Assembly: GCF_009914755.1 (NCBI RefSeq)
Contig: NC_060947.1
Length of the DNA stretch: 64,000 bases
DNA from: the human T2T-CHM13v2.0 reference genome, Homo sapiens
Reading direction: 5' to 3' (one strand)
This document shows, piece after piece, positions 55,359 to 64,000 of the stretch. Under the pieces are notes generated by a model. That model saw only the letters and a program-made list of their open reading frames with translations. It ran no database searches and was not told the DNA's origin. Made by a program: the position numbers and the translations under genes. Position 1 is the first letter of the stretch; the number at the start of each line of letters is the position of its first letter.

Positions 55359-55940
55359 GCAAGTGCTAGCCCATGGTCTTGGGGCCAGTTTTCAGCCAGA
55401 CTGCCCCACCAAAGCCTCCAGGCTAGGGCCTGGAATTAAATTTACACCCACATGAGGCATACTTGCAAGGCATCAAGGCCCTTCCCCTCCTGTGGACAGA
55501 TGTGACTCTCCTTGCTCTAAACAGCTTGTCACCTGCAGGGTTCAGGCCAGAGGGAACTGAGGGCCTGGCAGAGGTCAGGAGCAGTGCCAGTGGAGGGAGC
55601 AGGAAGGATTCCAGAAACCAGGCCAGTTAGGATGAGCAGGACTTGGCCAGTAGCTACCTATGGGGGTGGAAAAGGGTTGGGAGCTGGGACCACAGTCTCC
55701 CAGTGCTGACCTGTGAAGAGGTTTGAGTTCCATGGGCTTCTGCAAATGAGAAAATTGACCATGGAAAGCCACATTTGTTCCATTTAAAGGTCTGTCTTAT
55801 ATTCAGCAATCATGTTATTTGTCCCCTTTTTTTGGTATCAAAAGGGCCTTTTCTTTATGAAATGATGGGGAAAATAGATGGTAGTTTTGGAAACATCTTG
55901 TGATGGCAGAAGTTGACAACCCAATGTGGGTCCTCTAAAT

Positions 55941-56258
55941 CAGCAGTCCCCAGCCTTTTTGGCACCAGGGACCGGTTTCGTGGAAGACAATTTTTCCACG
56001 GACTGGAGTGGGGATGGTTTCGGGATGAAACTGTTCCACCTCAGATCATCAGGCATTAGATTCTCATAAACAATGCACAACCTAGATCCCTCCCACGTGC
56101 AGTTCACAACAGGATTTGTGCTCTGCTGATCTGACAGGAGGCAGAGCTCAGGCAGTAATGCTCCCTCCCCCTGCAGCTTACCTCCTGCTGTCCAGCCTGG
56201 TTCCTAACAGGCCACAGACCGGTATACTGGTCCACCACCCATGGGCTGGGGAGCCCTG
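55941..56258. mobile_element. MER1B-like hAT transposon
   Basis: cagcagtccccagcctttttggcaccagggaccggtttcgtggaagacaattttt...ggggagccctg; 8-bp TSD CTCTAAAT at 55933-55940 and 56259-56266. Confidence 0.9.
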
Positions 56259-56263
56259 CTCTA

Positions 56264-63952
<7,689 letters not shown>

Positions 63953-64000
63953 TTAAAAGTCAATTTTTTTTTCAAGGATGGCTTAGGACAAACCCTCCGT

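Overview
Human (primate) genomic DNA. The encoded proteins identify it as the X-linked OGT-GCNA(ACRC)-CXCR3 locus. It holds the last three coding exons and the ~2.1-kb 3' UTR of OGT (+). It also holds the complete GCNA gene (+), where 12 coding exons splice to 2076 nt (691 aa): an acidic disordered repeat region, an SprT HExxH protease and a zinc finger. CXCR3 (-) is complete, with splice signals for the A, B and alt isoforms. The rest is Alu-dense intron and intergenic DNA with L1, MaLR LTR and DNA-transposon fossils, and most ORFs in the supplied track are Alu or shadow artefacts. I see no wholly new gene system. The strongest second-look items are: (1) an intact in-frame HMG-box-like coding remnant directly behind the GCNA stop codon; (2) a perfect 11-nt U1 snRNA site and micro-exon in the OGT 3' UTR; (3) a stop-free, in-frame 240-nt OGT intron; (4) an Alu-recombination tandem duplication of a GCNA exon pair, with differences concentrated in one exon; (5) a higher-order G-rich minisatellite in GCNA intron 1; (6) a possible IDR-only GCNA isoform. 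Exon boundaries were checked by hand for frame continuity. Repeat-family names come from recognition by eye, not from a database search.
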